Below, in pieces: positions 24,626-36,718 of a DNA stretch of 64,000 nucleotides; the first letter of the stretch is position 1; every line of letters starts with the position of its first letter. The DNA is taken from the NCBI RefSeq assembly GCF_006345805.1, contig NC_042999.1:109182001-109246000 (forward strand). Direction: 5' to 3'. The translations under genes were made by a program, and so were the position numbers. This DNA is from Octopus sinensis (Eukaryota). The notes beneath the pieces are model-generated. The model had not been told where the DNA came from and did no database searches. It saw only the letters and a program-made list of their open reading frames with translations.

Positions 24626-24904
24626 TGGTGGTGGTGGTGGTGGTGGGATAAACCTTCCTCTTTACAAGAGTACCTCTCAGTATAGTCTGCATGACAAGTG
24701 ATGCAGGCATGCATTGTTGTACCCAATTTTTACATGACTACTATGACCTTATTTCTCTCTCTTTAAGTCATTGTCCCGTCATTTAACCAAATGGAAAGAA
24801 GTTGGATCTGTGCTGTATGGTGGACAGCAGACCACAAGCCAGTCCCCCCCCCCATCATCATCATCACCACCACCACCGCTGCCGCCACCGCCGCCGCCAC
24901 CACC

Positions 24905-25109
24905 ACACACCACCACCATCATCATCATTATTATTTTTTGGGTTTCGCTCAAGTTCAGTCTTATTTCTGGTAGGAATTTCTTATATTTCTTATATTCTTC
25001 CTGTGCTAACTTGGGGCATTCTGTCACAATGTGTGTCCTTGTCTCAGTCCAAGTTCTGCAAGCTCTACATTTTTCTGACACATTCTCTCCTTATATATTT
25101 TCTCTCAAG
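24905..25109 (-). mobile_element. Internally deleted R4/Dong fragment (CCHC finger joined to the terminal 3' UTR)
   Basis: CRACRTWTETRTHIVTECPKLAQEEYK is followed directly by a sequence matching 21446-21497. Confidence 0.75.
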
Positions 25110-25124
25110 TTTATTTTTATCGCT

Positions 25125-25375
25125 GGCTTTGTGCCAAAATTTAAAACTATTATTTGTGTGGTATCTTGCAGTATTATTTGCACTCTGAACAAAATGCTTC
25201 ACAGTATTTTATTTGTCTTTACATTCTGAGTTCAGAATTTTGCTGAGGTTGACTTTACCTTTCATCCTTTTGAGTTGATAAAATATGTACCTGTCAAATA
25301 CTGAGGTTGATGTAAATGACTTCTCCCTCCCCTCAAAAACTTCTGGTTCTGTGCCAAAATTCGAAATCATTATTA
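25125..25375 (+). mobile_element. SINE family B fragments
   Basis: cattctgagttcagaattttgctgaggttgactttacctttcatcc; two gtgccaaaatt ends. Confidence 0.7.
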
Positions 25376-25418
25376 TTGTTATTATTATTATTTATACACA
25401 CACACATATATATATGTA

Positions 25419-25918
25419 CTGTAAATCCTCGAGTATAGTCTGCCATTGAATATAATACGCAGGGGATTTTTAGGGGGCTGTAACTCTGAAAAACCTAAAC
25501 CTTATGTATAATACATACCCCTTCTCTAATTTGAGTCATGGAGGTCTATATAACATCTTTGGTTTGTAAAAATGCATACGGTAACGTACTTTTATTATTA
25601 TTGTATATATTACATAATGCAAACGTGTTACTTTTTTGTGCATTTTGTTTGCAGAAATAAAGAAATAACTAATAACGTTTAATAAATGTTGTTTACGGCA
25701 AGTTATGGATGATTCTTTTATAACTTTATTGCTTAGCTTAAGGTATTTTTGCGCCCGACATCACAAAATGCGTCTGAATAAACATTGCCGGACAGCAAAT
25801 AGAGACTTGAACATTGCTTAGAAAATAATTTATTTTTAACCTCATGTATAATACGCACTAGGGATTTTGACCTTTAAATTTTAGGGAAAAAATGTGGATT
25901 ATATTCGAGGATTTACAG
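25419..25918. mobile_element. Tc1/mariner-superfamily MITE, 500 bp
   Basis: TIRs ctgtaaatcctcgagtata / tatattcgaggatttacag, TA on both sides, no ORF. Confidence 0.88.
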
Positions 25919-25932
25919 TATACATATATACA

Positions 25933-26240
25933 GTGAGGATGCATGGCCTCCTGGTTAAGATGTTGCATGTACAATCATAAGATCATGGTTTCAATTCACA
26001 GATCAGGTGTTGCACTGTGTTCTTGTGCAAAACACTTCATCTTTCACATTGCTCTGCAATCACTTTGACACCTGACAATGTGGTACACCGTGCACTCGTT
26101 CAGGCAACTTTGACTTGACAGAGAAAGTGAGCTAATATACAGGACATGCACTTGATCACTATAAACAAATCATTTGTGCAGGTCATTTGGCAAAAGCTAA
26201 GCATTCACACATTATCTTTGACTGGAGAGGCCATCATAAT
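25933..26240 (+). mobile_element. tRNA-derived SINE, family C variant
   Basis: tggcctcctggttaagatg...gtttcaattc head; body matches 21494-21776. Confidence 0.7.
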
Positions 26241-26261
26241 TTCATCTAACGTTCTTAGTTT

Positions 26262-26472
26262 GTTGCTGGAGATGTCATTAATATGCAAGCTGTTCACTTC
26301 TCATAAACCAAGGCGGTACTTACTTTTCAAGTCTTGAGAACTTGGCAGAAATCCTTGCAATGCTAAGTAATACTGTTTTCTGGCTGTTCCCTGTTTTCAC
26401 TTTTATGCCTATCATTCCATATATATTTTAAATTTCTTTGCTCACTGTACCTAGGGTACCAACGATTGTTGA
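26262..26472 (-). mobile_element. R4/Dong-type LINE 3' end relic
   Basis: Minus translation with frameshifts gives IVGTLGTVSKEI...IGIKVK...QKTVLLSIARI, resembling the C-terminus at 21230-21384. Confidence 0.55.
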
Positions 26473-26477
26473 CATTG

Positions 26478-26712
26478 GTGGTGAGCTGGCAGAATCATTA
26501 GCACACCGGACCAAATGCTTAGCAGCATTTCATTCGTCTTCATGTTCTGAGTTCAATTCCTCCCAAGCTCAACATTGCCATTCATCCTTACAAGGGTGAA
26601 GAAATAAGTACCAGTTGAACTCTGGGGGCCAATGTAATTGACTAGTCCCCGCCCTTCAAAAACAAAAAAAAAAGAGCAAAAAAAATCAGGTCTCATGCCT
26701 ATAATTGAAAGA
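26478..26712 (+). mobile_element. SINE family B, near full length
   Basis: ggtggtgagctggcagaatcattagc...ctgagttcaattcc...aataagtaccagttg. Other copies at 12680-12785(-), 26850-26962(+), 46449-46655(+), 56284-56478(-). Confidence 0.8.
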
Positions 26713-27759
26713 ATCATTCTTTTGCTTCATGTGACATTTATTTTCTTAACTGTTGATTAGTTACAGCGAATAGATTTCCCATTTATTATGATTTATATGA
26801 AAGAGCTGATGATGGTAGATTTGGTTTATTGATCAACAAATGTCTCATAGTATTTAGCCAGCTTTCTTTACATTCGGAGTTCCAATTCTGCTGAGTTTGA
26901 ATTTGCCTGTCATGCTTCCAGTGAGTCAATAAACTAAAGCACTAAATAAGTACTATGATCAATTTTAAGAGAGTGTGTATATACACACACACAAACACAC
27001 ACATACACACACACATGCACACACACACGCACATATACATGCACATGTAAGTACGCATGCATGTTTACACATCATCAACATCGTCATCATTTAAAGACCA
27101 TTTTTCATGCTGGCATAGGTTGGACATGTGTGTGTATGTGTGCATGCGTGTGTGTACGAGTGCGTATATATGTATATATATATATAATAATATGAGGGAG
27201 TATTATTCTAAACTTACAGGGAAAAATTCAATTTAGAAATACTAAATCAAATTTCACAAAATATAAGATATATATATATATATATATTTATATGTATTAC
27301 AGACCAGACGCATTTTCATCTGCCTCCCCTTTTATCTTTTTTCTTGTCAAAGAATATTCTTCCAGTGCTCACTACCTTACTACGTCTGGCCTAATGGCCC
27401 TCCATGTTTGTTTTCATTTGGTTTGTTGTATGTCTCCACTATCCTGTTTTTGTTACCAACTTTGACCCTCCACAAATCCCAAATTTTATTTTGGTTCGCA
27501 AGAGCAATTGACTTTCGAAGCCTCATATTGTCATTAATTGCACGAAATGAGGAGTAGATGGGCAGCCAACAACTGATGAAGGGTCGTTCTTTATGTTACT
27601 TGTCTTGTTTTCCATTTGTTTCTCCCATTGTTCACATGCCTGAGTTTGTCTGTGTATCTCGTGGTGTTTTCATATTTCATGTTGTTTACATTTTGTGACG
27701 CCCTGTATCCATATATGCATATATATGTACATATATTTGTATTTATATATATATGCACG

Positions 27760-28057
27760 TAAAAAGCACCATCCAATTGTGGCCGTTGCCAGCCTTGCCT
27801 GGTGGCACGTAAAGAGCACCATCCGATCGTGGCCGTGTGCCAGCCTTGTCTGGCCCCCGTGCCGGTGGCACGTAAAATGCACCCACTACACTCACGGAGT
27901 GGTTGGCGTTAGGAAGGGCATCCAGCCGTAGAAACATTGCCAGATCAGACTGGGCCTGGTGCAGCCTCCTGGCTTCCCAGACCCCAGTTGAACCGTCCAA
28001 CCCATGCTAGCATGGAAAGCGGACGCTAAACGAAGATGATGATGATGATGATGATAT
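27760..28057 (+). mobile_element. 3' end of the RTE family with 2-3 tandem units and (GAT)n tail
   Basis: Reverse complement of 59008-59250 type sequence: gtggttggcgttaggaagggcatccagc...catgctagcatggaaagcggacg. Confidence 0.88.
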
Positions 28058-28090
28058 ATATTTTATTTATATTGTATATATATATATATA

Positions 28091-28134
<44 letters not shown>

Positions 28135-28721
28135 AACATATACATATATATACACAAACATATACATATATATACATGCATACGTATATATACATATATA
28201 CATATATATACACATACACATATATATGTATGCATGTGTATATATATATACGCACATACATATATACACACACAATACAAATGCATAAGTGCATGTGTAT
28301 ACACATACACACACACATATTTGTATACATATACAAATATGCACACACACACAAGCACACTTACACAGCTGATTCCTGGTTATGTTACTGCCTTTATATG
28401 AATTTGTGTAAAGAACCCAGATATATTTTCTATATTACCATGAAGAAAATGGACATTAAACTGAAAGGAAAAGTGGACAATAAAAAATAAAATGAATAAA
28501 TAAATATGAACATTCTATTCCTTAATCAAACTTAGTGAGCTATTTTAAGAATCTAGAGATTCTTTAAGCAAGAATGTTAAACTATTTTTATTATGACTCA
28601 TGGTACAGCAGAAAATAGATAAGCATCATTATAAAAAATAAATTTTTGTCTTTCAAAAAATTAATTTTATACATGCAACTGCTGCTATATACATCATGCA
28701 TTTAAACATATTTCATTCTTG

Positions 28722-28789
<68 letters not shown>

Positions 28790-29704
28790 CACACACACAC
28801 ACACCACACATGTATGTATTCTTCCATGTATATATATGTGTGTGTGTGTGTGTGTGTATGTGTGTATGCATATATATGCATGGAAGAATACATACATTTG
28901 CATGTGCGTACATACATACATACGTACTTACGTATGTACATACATGCATACATATATACCTATATATGTATATGTAGATATGCTTATATGTATGTTTGTA
29001 TGTATGTAAGTATGTATGTATATATGTATCTCCTTATAAATTTATAATGTGAAAGGGTAATATGAAAGTGACACTAATAGTAGTAACATGTTTACAGATA
29101 AAAGGGAGGACAGAGAGAGAGGGGGGAGAGAAGAGAAGAGAGAGAGAGAGTGATGAATAGTCCTGGAAATGGTCAGTGGTGGGGAGTGTGATCAATGTCT
29201 GTGATAAGTGACTTAGAGGAAAGGTGGGAGTGGCAAGTAGCAGTATAGAGGGGATGATAATGATGGCTGGCAAGGGAGAGCATGGGTGAAAGATAATCAG
29301 AGGTGGTGGTTAAAAAAAGCGTGATGAATGGTAATAAACAAGTAACCTGAGGGAGAGAAACTGACTGCAGTATAAAAGGATAAATAGGGAAGCACACTGG
29401 ATATCAATAGGTGTGATGCAATCTTTTGCTACTCAGATTTCATGATGGGTAACTGAAGAACTGGTTAGTAGTAACAGAGTAACAAAGTGAAATATATATG
29501 CATGTGTATGTGGATATATTTATATATATGGATACAGGACGTCACCAACAGTAAACATGAAATACAAAAACAAATAAATTCATTATGCAAACAGCGAGAG
29601 AAATAAATGGAAAACAATACAAGTAACATAAAGAATGACCCTTCATCAGTTGTCAGCTGATATATATATATATAATGTATATATAATTATTTATATATAT
29701 ATAA

Positions 29705-30080
29705 TGTGTGGTAAGTAGCATGCTTACCAACTACATGGTTTCATGTTCAGTCCCACTGCATGGCACCTTGGGCAAGTGTCTTCTACTATAGCCTTGGGGT
29801 GACCAAAGCCTTATGAGTGAATTTGGTAGATGGAGAGTGAAAGAAGCATGTTGTATGTGTGTGTGTGTGTGTGTCTGTGTTTGTCCACCCCCACCATCAC
29901 TTGATAACTGATGCTGGTGTCTTTTACGTCCCTATAATTTAGTGGTTTGGCAAAAGAGACTGAAAGAATAAATACTAGGCTTACAAAGAATAAGTCCTGG
30001 GTTCGAATTGTTTGACTAAGGCAGTACTACAGCATGGCCACTGTCAAATGAGTGAAATAAATATAAGAATGAAAGAATAA
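29705..30080 (+). mobile_element. SINE family A
   Basis: gtgtggtaagtagc...ttcagtcccactgcatggcaccttgggcaag...gaaataaatataagaatgaaagaa. Confidence 0.85.
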
Positions 30081-30084
30081 AATA

Positions 30085-30338
30085 TGCATAGGCATAGCTT
30101 CCCAACCATATGTTTCCAGGTTCAGTCCCATGTTGTGGCACTTTGGGCAAGTGTCTTCTACTATCGCCTTGGGCCGACTGAAGCCTTTGAGTGGATTTGG
30201 TAGGTGGAAACTGAAAGAAGCATGCTGTATATATATATATATATATATATATAAATTCAAATTTTGCTTTAGAAGCATTGAGATGTCTAGAAAAATTATC
30301 CTGCGTTTGAGAATAAAAAAATTACTTCCTTAACTTAA

Positions 30339-30393
<55 letters not shown>

Positions 30394-30727
30394 ATATGTA
30401 TGTATGTATCTATGTAGCTATGTATCTATGTGCGTGTGTGTCTGTGTCTATGTTTGTACCCCCATCACTACTTGACAACCAGTGTTGGTGTCTTTTCATC
30501 CCTGCAAAAGAGACCAATAGAATAAGGGTAATGTGAAAGTAACACTAATAATAGTAACATGTTTACAGATGAAAAGGAAAGAGAGAGCAAAAGAAGAAGA
30601 AGAGAGAGAGTGATGAATAGTCCTAGAAAGTTAAGTCCTGGGGTTGATTTGCTCAACTAAAACCTCTCAGGCAGTGCTCCAGCATGGCTGCATTCAAAAG
30701 CCTGAAAAAATAAAAGAATAAAAGAAT
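30085..30727 (+). mobile_element. SINE family A with two internal insertions (30252-30342 and 30524-30629)
   Basis: The 5' part ends at 30226 and the 3' part resumes at 30435; both foreign segments are visible. Confidence 0.75.
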
Positions 30728-30739
30728 AATTTATATATT

Positions 30740-30770
<31 letters not shown>

Positions 30771-30780
30771 TTGTGTGTGT

Positions 30781-31016
30781 GTCAATCTTTATATCCAACT
30801 TACTGTGGATGTCTTGTTAGAATGCTGAATACTGCATTATAAGCCTTGAGAGATTCTCTCATATAGGTGCATGATGTATAAAATCACCTCATCTGCCTGA
30901 TTTATGTCTGTGCTTTTATGCACTGTGTGCCTATATGAAAGGATCTCTCGAGGCAAATAATGCAGTATTCACTGTTCTAACAAGACAGTCATGTTAAGCT
31001 GGATATAAAGATTGCC
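30781..31016. repeat. Fold-back element, 107-bp inverted arms with 22-nt spacer
   Basis: 30781-30887 is roughly 80% identical by eye to the reverse complement of 30910-31016. Confidence 0.88.
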
Positions 31017-31074
31017 TTTTGGTACTAATACAACTTCTGTCAGTAATAATTAATTTACACATGCACACACAACT

Positions 31075-31250
31075 TAGTCATCATCATCATCATCATCTTT
31101 GTCGTCTTTTAACATCCGCTTTCCATGCTAGCATGGGTTGGACGATTTGACTAAGGTCTGGCAAACCAGATGGCTACACCAGACTCCAATCTGATCTGGC
31201 AGAGTTTCTACAGCTGGATGCCTTTTCTAACGCCAACCACTCTGAGAGGG
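31075..31250 (-). mobile_element. Short RTE-type 3' tail copy
   Basis: (CAT)n then tttaacatccgctttccatgctagcatgggttggacg. Similar tails at 27080-27125(-), 34800-34920(+), 49010-49130(-), 52870-52980(-), 62027-62290(-). Confidence 0.8.
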
Positions 31251-32912
31251 TAAAGTCATATTTAACTCATCCGAGTACATGCAGATGCAGATGTTAAACG
31301 ATCTTTAATGATGGAAATTTTCCTCCTAGACATGTGTGTAAACACATATTCAGCTGTGAATGACATGAATGGAGTGGAAGCCACTACAAACACCAGATCT
31401 GTCATCCACATTCCTTTAAAAACAAAGTCATTCTTATCAGAATAGCATACTGTTTGTTAGCTGATGTGGAAAGTGTTGAATGAAATATATTCATGTAAAG
31501 TCATATTTAACATGTTTAAGTGCATTCGGATATCAGAAGAACTTCTGCTGTTAAAATAGTCTTGAGAGAAAACCCTTCTTTTAGGTGTATTGAACTGTGA
31601 ATGATGTCATTATATCATAGGACACATGTATTTCTGTGTTCTTTCACTCCATCAATTGTGCACTCCAAATATGTCATGCACAGTCTGATAAAAATTAACT
31701 AATTCTTAGAACAGCATATAAAACATTTGCTGGTATGAATGAAGCTTGGTCCTGCGAGAATTAAATAATATTTAATATTGTAGGAAGCATCTTTGAATTA
31801 AGATATATTCAAGTAAATATATATGGAGAGAGAGAGAATGGAAGCAAAACTGGGGAGTTCATTAGTTACATATATCATCTGCACTGACTTCTGATGAAGG
31901 GAAGACTGAGAAGACTTACTAAGCCCTGATTGCATATTTTGAGCATAATCTTCACTGAAACATGTGTAACATGTGTAAATAATTTATGAAGCAACTACCA
32001 GTCTGTTTTATTATTTTTTTTATTCTGTATTTAGTTTGTGATCTTTCTAATTACAGAGACCAGTGAAAGATGACTTGGCCTATAATACACAAATTTACTT
32101 CACACTTACCTCTTTGATGTATAAGGATGCACATGAAGTTCTAAATACTATGCCATGCAATTTATGCCATGCAATCCAATCAGACAATACATGTATACAT
32201 ACTTGCATACATGCATGCATCCATAAGCACAAACACACACTAAAATAGAGAAGATGAGAGCAAAAAAATGAAAATAAAGAATACAAGAAAAAGAATGAAG
32301 TGAATAGAAGAGAGAGGGAGGAAGAAAAGAAAGAAGTGTATTGTATTGTTTTCCCCCTGAAACTTTCGTTCCCAGCTCTCATATTTTAATATAGGAATAG
32401 TGGTTGCTAGTAATGAATTGGTAAGTTGGTTCTCCTGTTTATGAATACTGAAGTTATACTAACTGTTAAAAGGTTTGCAACTGCAGGAGATTTGGTGACT
32501 AATTCTAATAGTTTCACCAATTGCATAGAAGCTCCCTCCTATAACAGACTTTTGTCTCTTCTGAAGATATCAGTTATAGTGTTATGACCCCCACCCCCCA
32601 TGGATAATACTGCATATCCCGATAAACTTTGTGAAACAACTCAGAGATACCTGCTAAGTGTTTTCAGAATAATTGATGTTTTCACGATGTATTCTCTGCT
32701 GTTCATAGTGATGTCTCTCTTCAGATCAACACTGATTGAACAGATCTAGGATAAAAAATACTCCAGCTATGGCTGTTAATCTTTTTCAGAAATAATATCT
32801 GAGACTGTATTAGTCAATATCTATTTCTTTTGTTTGTTTTTTCATAAGTTTCTTACATACATGGCTATGGCTGCACCTAAACATACACACACACACATTA
32901 GGAATATATGAT

Positions 32913-32940
<28 letters not shown>

Positions 32941-32943
<3 letters not shown>

Positions 32944-33360
32944 GGAGTTTAACGCAGGTTTAATTCAAATAATTTTATTTCTAACACGTGTTTTGAAGAT
33001 ATCACTGATATTATTCCAAAGGAATAAAATGGTGTAAAACAATGTAATCTTCAGTTCATCACTATACATATCCATCATTTTCTGTTAAAATGTCTTATTG
33101 ACGAGTTTCATTTCTTCACTTCCCTGAAGAGAAGATTACATTGTTTTACACAATTTTATTCCTTTGGAATAATATCAGTGATATCTTCGAAACATGTGTC
33201 GGAAGTAAAAGTATTTGAATTACACCTGCGTTAAACTCCATTTATTTATTTATATATTATACAAAAAATTTCACGTAAACCCGAAGTTTCTACCTTTAAA
33301 AACAAGGTAACTATTTATCTATTTTTTGTGTTAATTGTTAACAAGGGAAAAATACACACA
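32941..33360 (+). mobile_element. Fold-back hammerhead-bearing Penelope-like unit 1
   Basis: The left arm 32941-33054 is the inverted copy of 33124-33242 (about 90% identical); the right arm continues about 120 nt; (TA)n on both sides. Confidence 0.7.
33118..33206 (+). ncRNA. Type I hammerhead ribozyme with intact catalytic core
   Basis: Helix I ACUUCC/GGAAGU, core CUGAAGA (33124-33130), helix II GAAGAU/AUCUUC, GAAA (33189-33192), helix III AC-AUGU-GU, cleavage triplet GUC ending at 33200. Confidence 0.85.
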
Positions 33361-33540
33361 TCTATATACATATATATATATATATATATGGAGGTTATGA
33401 GAGGTAATCGTGTCAGTGAGAGCCAAAGGTATCAGGTAATGCTGAATAAATGTTATGGATAGACCATAGTTAAGTTCCAGATTTGGTGATTATACAAATA
33501 AGGGGTCCAACTTAGATCATATATCAGCGTGTGTATATAT

Positions 33541-33815
33541 AATGAGATAAAAAAACCAAGGCTGTATAGGTTTTAGAGCATTTATAGATAGAAAGTCTTA
33601 CAGCTATTTCTAGAATATTTATTGTATCCCTTCATCTATTTTCATTCCTCCACCTCACTCTCTATTTCATATCTTATCTACATTAACTATTGCTTAACCA
33701 TCTCCGATGAAGGGATATAATAAATATCCTAGAAACAGCCGTAAGACTTATTTATAAATGTTCTAAAATCTACACAGCCTTGGTTTTTTATCTCATTACG
33801 AAAAAATTTTATATT
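33541..33815 (+). mobile_element. Fold-back hammerhead-bearing Penelope-like unit 2
   Basis: The left arm 33541-33636 is inverted relative to 33706-33797 (about 85% identical); sequence unrelated to unit 1. Confidence 0.65.
33701..33746 (+). ncRNA. Decayed type I hammerhead (U4 to C)
   Basis: UCU-CCGAUGA-A-GGGAUA-loop-UAUCCU-A-GAAA-C-AGCC-GUA/AGA. Confidence 0.55.
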
Positions 33816-33845
33816 TCTGTCTTCCCTTCTTTAGACTTTTTCTAA

Positions 33846-33880
33846 ATTTCTGATTAAGAGCTCAGCTCGAAACGTTAAAT
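33846..33880 (+). ncRNA. Minimal type I hammerhead, G8 mutated
   Basis: AUUU-CUGAUUA-A-GAGC-UCA-GCUC-GAAA-CG-UU/AAAU; palindromic ACGU helix III. Confidence 0.55.
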
Positions 33881-34010
33881 CCTCTTTCTTTCCTTTCCTT
33901 TCCTGAGCATCCAATAACACTGTACTTATTCTAAGTCCTTGCATTGTTTTTCTTGCTTGTTCATGTTGGGATATATATATATATATATAATATATATATA
34001 TATAATATAT

Positions 34011-34048
<38 letters not shown>

Positions 34049-34049
34049 C

Positions 34050-34096
<47 letters not shown>

Positions 34097-34132
34097 GTAT
34101 ATATTTACATATATATATATATATGTATATGT

Positions 34133-34183
<51 letters not shown>

Positions 34184-34225
34184 ATATGTATATATGTACA
34201 TATATATATATATATGTATATATGT

Positions 34226-34270
<45 letters not shown>

Positions 34271-34282
34271 TGTATATGTATA

Positions 34283-34514
34283 CAGGGTGGCCAAAAGTCA
34301 CTTGACAGTAAATCAAAATTCCACAAATACTATCTGTAAATTCTGTATTGACTCGAATGGAAAAATGTCGCTCAAGAAGGACTTCAGTTTAAATAATTTT
34401 CATGTTTCATATTTAGATGCTTGTATTAAATTCATTGAGCTATTAAACAAAAATAAATCTTGCAATTAATTATATGGTTTTGATTTACTATCAGGTGACT
34501 TTTGGTCAGCCCTG
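34283..34514. mobile_element. Tc1/mariner-superfamily MITE, 232 bp
   Basis: About 36-bp TIRs cagggtggccaaaagtcacttgacagtaaatcaaaa / ttttgatttactatcaggtgacttttggtcagccctg, TA flanks. Confidence 0.9.
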
Positions 34515-35112
34515 TATATATATATATATATATACACACATATATGCAGGCACACACACATTTATGTATACAGACATATATATAAATATATAGGTGATGG
34601 GGTGTTGAAAAGCTCCTGGTTTCGGATAAAAGAAAATACTAGAGGATCAGTTATTTTATTCAACATATTCCCCACTCAGATTCACACACTTACTGCAGTG
34701 GTTTTTCAGTTTTTCTAAGCCCTGTAAAAGAACTTGGAATGTTGAGTCTCCAATGAAGCCTTTCATGATACCCTCAAAGCCAGGTACTTTTCAGCACCTC
34801 TGCCAGATCAAGATTGGAGTGTGGTGCAGCCATCTGGTTCGCCAGTCCTCAGTCAAATCATCAAACCCATGCTAGCATGGAAAATGGACATTAAACAATG
34901 ATGATGATGATGATGATGACATATATATATATATATATATATACACTTACATATACATACATTATATATATATTATATATATTATATATATATACACACA
35001 CTTACATATATATATAGTTACATATATATATACATATACACATACACACATATATATATATATGTAGGTATATGTATGTGTGTATATATATATATATATG
35101 TATGTATGTATG

Positions 35113-35143
<31 letters not shown>

Positions 35144-35537
35144 GTACACACACACACACACACATATGTTAATGTTATACATATGCGTAATATATGTGTG
35201 TGTGTGGGGGGGTGTTGTATATGCATATATGTGTACAAAGAAGAGAAAAGAGCACTCAATATCTGAATATCTGTTGTACAGTGTTTAAATATTTGCATTA
35301 ACAGCTTGACTCAGATTCGCATCACCTGAATTAATACAAACAGTACAGCTGATCCTTTAGATGTTTAATATTGAGTGACAAAGATGCTGAGGCTTCTAAA
35401 ATAAGGTTGATTTTTTTGGTGGGGGTGGGGGCTGGGGCAATATGCAGAGTTCTTTCTCATTGACCAGTTTACACAATGTTGTGGATTTAGTATAACAACT
35501 CACTCTCACACATACAAATATGCGTGTGTGCATATAT

Positions 35538-35946
35538 CGGCATGGCTGTGTGGTAAGTAGCTTGCTTACCATCCACATGGTTCTGGGTTCAGTCCCACTG
35601 CATAGCACCTTGGGTAAGTGTCTTCTACTATAGCCTCGGGCTGACCAAAGCCTTGTGAGTGGATTTGGTAGGCGGAAACTGAAAGAAGCCTGTCCTATAT
35701 AAATATGCATATACCTATGTGTGAATGTGTCTCTGTATCTGTGTTTGACCACCACCACTACCACGACTTGGCAAATGGTGCTGGTCTGTTTACATTCCAA
35801 TAACTTAGTTGTTTGGCAAAAGTGACCGATAGAATAATTACTAGGCTTGAAAAAATTTAATCCTGGAGTCAATTTGCTCAACTAAAACCCTTCAGGATGA
35901 TGCTCCAGCATGGCCACAGCCAAATGACTGAAACAAGTAAAAAAAT
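35538..35946 (+). mobile_element. SINE family A
   Basis: catggctgtgtggtaagtagcttgc...gactgaaacaagtaaaaaa. Confidence 0.87.
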
Positions 35947-35954
35947 TTAAAATA

Positions 35955-36004
<50 letters not shown>

Positions 36005-36458
36005 CTATAAATATAGATATACATATGTATATATATATATGTGTAAATATATGTGCATATATAAACACACACACACACATACACACACATGCTGCACTTA
36101 AGCAGTCTCTCTCTCTCTCTCTCACTTTGTCCTCCATCCTCACATCTAAACATTGCTCCAATCCAATAAACAACATCTGTAAATCAAACAATAAAATAAA
36201 GCAACCAATATCTCTCCCTCCCCTACTCTCACATTCAGCCAACCAGCATCATACCACTGAAGCCCTTTATGTTAGCTCTGTTCCTCTATTTCTTCATTGC
36301 TTATCAGACTGAAGATTCTTAGTCTGGGGTGAAACCACTGATTATTATTAGGCACTCAACCTCCTCCATTTCTCACAAAATGTGTATATGTGTGTGGGTG
36401 AACACACACAAACACAAATATATATATATATATATGTATACATCTATATCTATATGTA

Positions 36459-36522
<64 letters not shown>

Positions 36523-36664
36523 CATATATACATATATACATACATACATGCACACCCCTCTTTTTTCCATCTTAAAGTGAGTGTCAACCTAATACATTCA
36601 CTATGTACCTCCTTTTGACTTTTGTTGTTTTTCTTTCTTTCTTTGATTTGCCTATATATAAATA

Positions 36665-36718
<54 letters not shown>

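Noticed and set aside
27500-27710. GAAA at 27544 upstream of CUGAUGA at 27573 (type II hammerhead order); related copy at 29530-29660 on the minus strand
   Set aside because: Helix II cannot pair (GCAC versus AGGG) and helix I is offset from the core; kept only as a probable PLE-type repeat.
31889-31935. CUGAUGAAGGG...CCCU motif
   Set aside because: GAAA is replaced by GAUU and no helix I or III is present.
36300-36345. CUGAAGA...GAAA motif
   Set aside because: Helix II base mismatched and no valid helix III or UH site.
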